Assembly (NCBI RefSeq): GCF_018350175.1
Contig: NC_058368.1
Coordinates: 200,944,001-201,008,000, forward strand
Origin: Felis catus
Taxonomy: Eukaryota
Reading direction: 5' to 3'
DNA: 64,000 nucleotides
How positions within the stretch are numbered: position 1 is the first letter of the stretch; the number at the start of each line of letters is the position of its first letter. This document shows positions 62,191 to 64,000 of the stretch, piece after piece. The position numbers and the translations under genes are program-made. The notes beneath the pieces were generated by a model, which was not told the origin of the DNA, made no database searches, and saw only the letters and a list, made by a program, of their open reading frames with translations.

Positions 62191-63055
62191 AGGAATTCAC
62201 CCCAAAAGAAGGAGCATGAAGAAACGACAGCCAGGGATTTAACCAACACAGATACAAGCATGATGTCTGAACCAGAATTTAGAATCACGATAATAAGAAT
62301 ACTAGCTGGAGTCGAAAACAGATTAGAATCCCTTTCTGCAGAGATAAAAGAAGTAAAAAATAGCTAGAATGAAATTAAAAATGCTATAACTGAACTGCAG
62401 TCACGGATGGATGCAGTGGCAGCAAGGATAGATGAGGCAGAACAGAGAATCAGCGATATAGAGGACAAACTTATAGAGAATAATGAAGCAGAAAAAAAAG
62501 GGAGATGAAGGCAAAAGAGCACGATTTAAGAATTAGAGAAACCAGTGACTCATTAAAAAGGAACAACATCAGAATCATAGGGGTCCCAGAAGAGGAAGAG
62601 AGAGAAATAGGGGTAGAAGGGTTATGTGAGCAGATCATAGCAGAAAACTTTCCTAACCTGGGGAAAGACACAGACATCAAAATCCAGGAAGCACAGAGGA
62701 CTCCCATTAGATTCAACAAAAACTGACCATCAACAAGGCATATCATAGTCAAATTCACAAAGTACTCAGGCAAGGAGGGAATCATGAAAGCAGCAAGGGA
62801 AAAAAAGTCCCTAATCTACAAGGGAAGACAGATCAGGTGTGCATCAGAATATCCACAGAAACTTGGCAGGCCAGAAAGGAGTGGCTGGATATATTCAGTG
62901 TGCTGAATCAGAAAAATATGCAGCCAAGAATTCTTTATCCAGCAAGGCTGTCATTCAAAATAGGAGAGATAAAAAGTCTCCCAGACAAACAAAAATTAAA
63001 GGAGTTTGTGACCACTAAACTAGCCCTGCAAGAAATTTTAAGGGGGACTAACTAA
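62191..63055 (+). pseudogene. L1 ORF1p pseudogene lacking its start codon
   Basis: RNSPQKKEHEETTARDLTNTD...; stop TAG at 62365-62367; DSLKRNNIRIIGVPEEEERE...IIAENFPNL; QPRILYPARLSF...LQEILRG; several stops and frameshifts. Confidence 0.95.
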
Positions 63056-63064
63056 GGGGAGAAA

Positions 63065-63277
63065 AGATGAAAAAATATATATATTTTTATATTTATATAT
63101 ATATACACATATATATTTATATTTAGTATATAATTATTTATCATATAATTTATTATATAATATAATATATTTATATATATTATATATTTACATATATATA
63201 CCAAAAATATATATATATATAAATATATATATATAAATATAAATATATATATATATATTTACATATATATACCAAAA
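63065..63277. repeat. AT-rich/(TA)n expansion in the L1 inter-ORF region
   Basis: About 210 nt of almost only A/T with a duplicated tatatatttacatatatataccaaaa unit. Confidence 0.92.
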
Positions 63278-63339
63278 GCAACAAAAGATTAGAAAGGACG
63301 AGGAACACCACCAGAAATTCCAACTCTACAAGCATCATA

Positions 63340-64000
63340 ATGGCAATAAATTCATATCTTTCAGTATCATTCTAAACATCAATGGACTCAATGCTCTAAT
63401 CAAAAGACACAGGGTAACAGAATGGATAAGAAAACAAGGCCCATCTATAGGCTGTTTACAAGAGACCCACTTTAGACCTAAAGACACCTACAGATTGAAA
63501 ATAAGGGGATGGAGAAACATCTATCATGCTAATGGTCAACAAAAGAAAGCCGAAGTACCCATACTTGTATCAGACAATCTAGACTTCAAAATAAAGACTG
63601 TATCAAGAGATGCAGAAGGGCATTATATCAAATCAAGGGGTCTATCCACCAAGAAGACCTAACAATTATAAACATTTATGTGCCAAATGTGGCAGCACCC
63701 AAATATATAAATGAATTAATCACAAACAAAAAGAAACTCATCTATAGTAATTCCATAATAGTAGGAGACTTCAGCACCCCACTCACAGCAATGGACAGAT
63801 CATCTAATCAAAAAATCAACAGGAAACAATGGCTTTGAATGACACATTGGACCGGATGGACTTAACAGATACATTCCGAACATTTCATCCTAAAGCAGCA
63901 GAATATACATTCTTCTCCAGTGCACATGGAATGTTCTCCAGAATAGACCATATACTAGGACACAAATCAGCCCTAAGAAGTACAATAAGATTGGGATCAT
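63340..64000 (+). pseudogene. L1 ORF2p endonuclease domain, frameshifted
   Basis: ATG at 63340: MAINSYLSV..LNINGLNALIKRHRVTEWIRKQ..CLQETHF; VGDFSTPL; SRIDHILGH motifs across shifted frames. Confidence 0.95.

Larger units (their letters stand above)
62034..64000 (+). mobile_element. Felid L1 with intact 5' terminus, internally deleted 5'UTR, defective ORF1 and ORF2; continues beyond the window
   Basis: Starts gggggaggagccaagatggcgg (L1 5' end with YY1 motif), preceded by a tt|aaaa endonuclease-type site; recognisable ORF1 and ORF2 peptides follow. Confidence 0.97.

Noticed and set aside
1..64000. CRISPR arrays, operons or other prokaryotic/viral systems
   Set aside because: The sequence is mammalian repeat-rich DNA; there is no regular repeat-spacer array, no long intact ORF and no ERV internal coding region.

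Overview
AT-rich mammalian genomic DNA from a felid (cat family), judged from about 35 carnivore tRNA-derived CanSINEs, including young SINEC_Fc-type copies, and a carnivore-type L1. I find no protein-coding exon, RNA gene, CpG island or prokaryotic-type system. The ORF track consists of SINE/L1 read-throughs and chance ORFs, so the window is intronic or intergenic. Repeat layers run from ancient (L2, MIR, L3/CR1, MER53, MER33, MER46C, MLT1/MLT2 LTRs, old L1M) to recent (CanSINEs with target-site duplications). The best finding is the L1 at 62034-64000: it has an intact 5' end, but after about 159 nt its 5'UTR joins directly to ORF1 codon ~4-5 at ...CAGCAG|GAATTC..., losing most of the 5'UTR and the ORF1 ATG. 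This is the signature of a spliced integrated retrotransposed element (SpIRE), a class I know mainly from primates. Other candidates are several repeat-free, motif-rich blocks (possible conserved enhancers), a CpG-retaining patch and closely spaced inverted SINE pairs. Repeat family names come from visual recall of consensus sequences, not from a search, and boundaries of old repeats are approximate.
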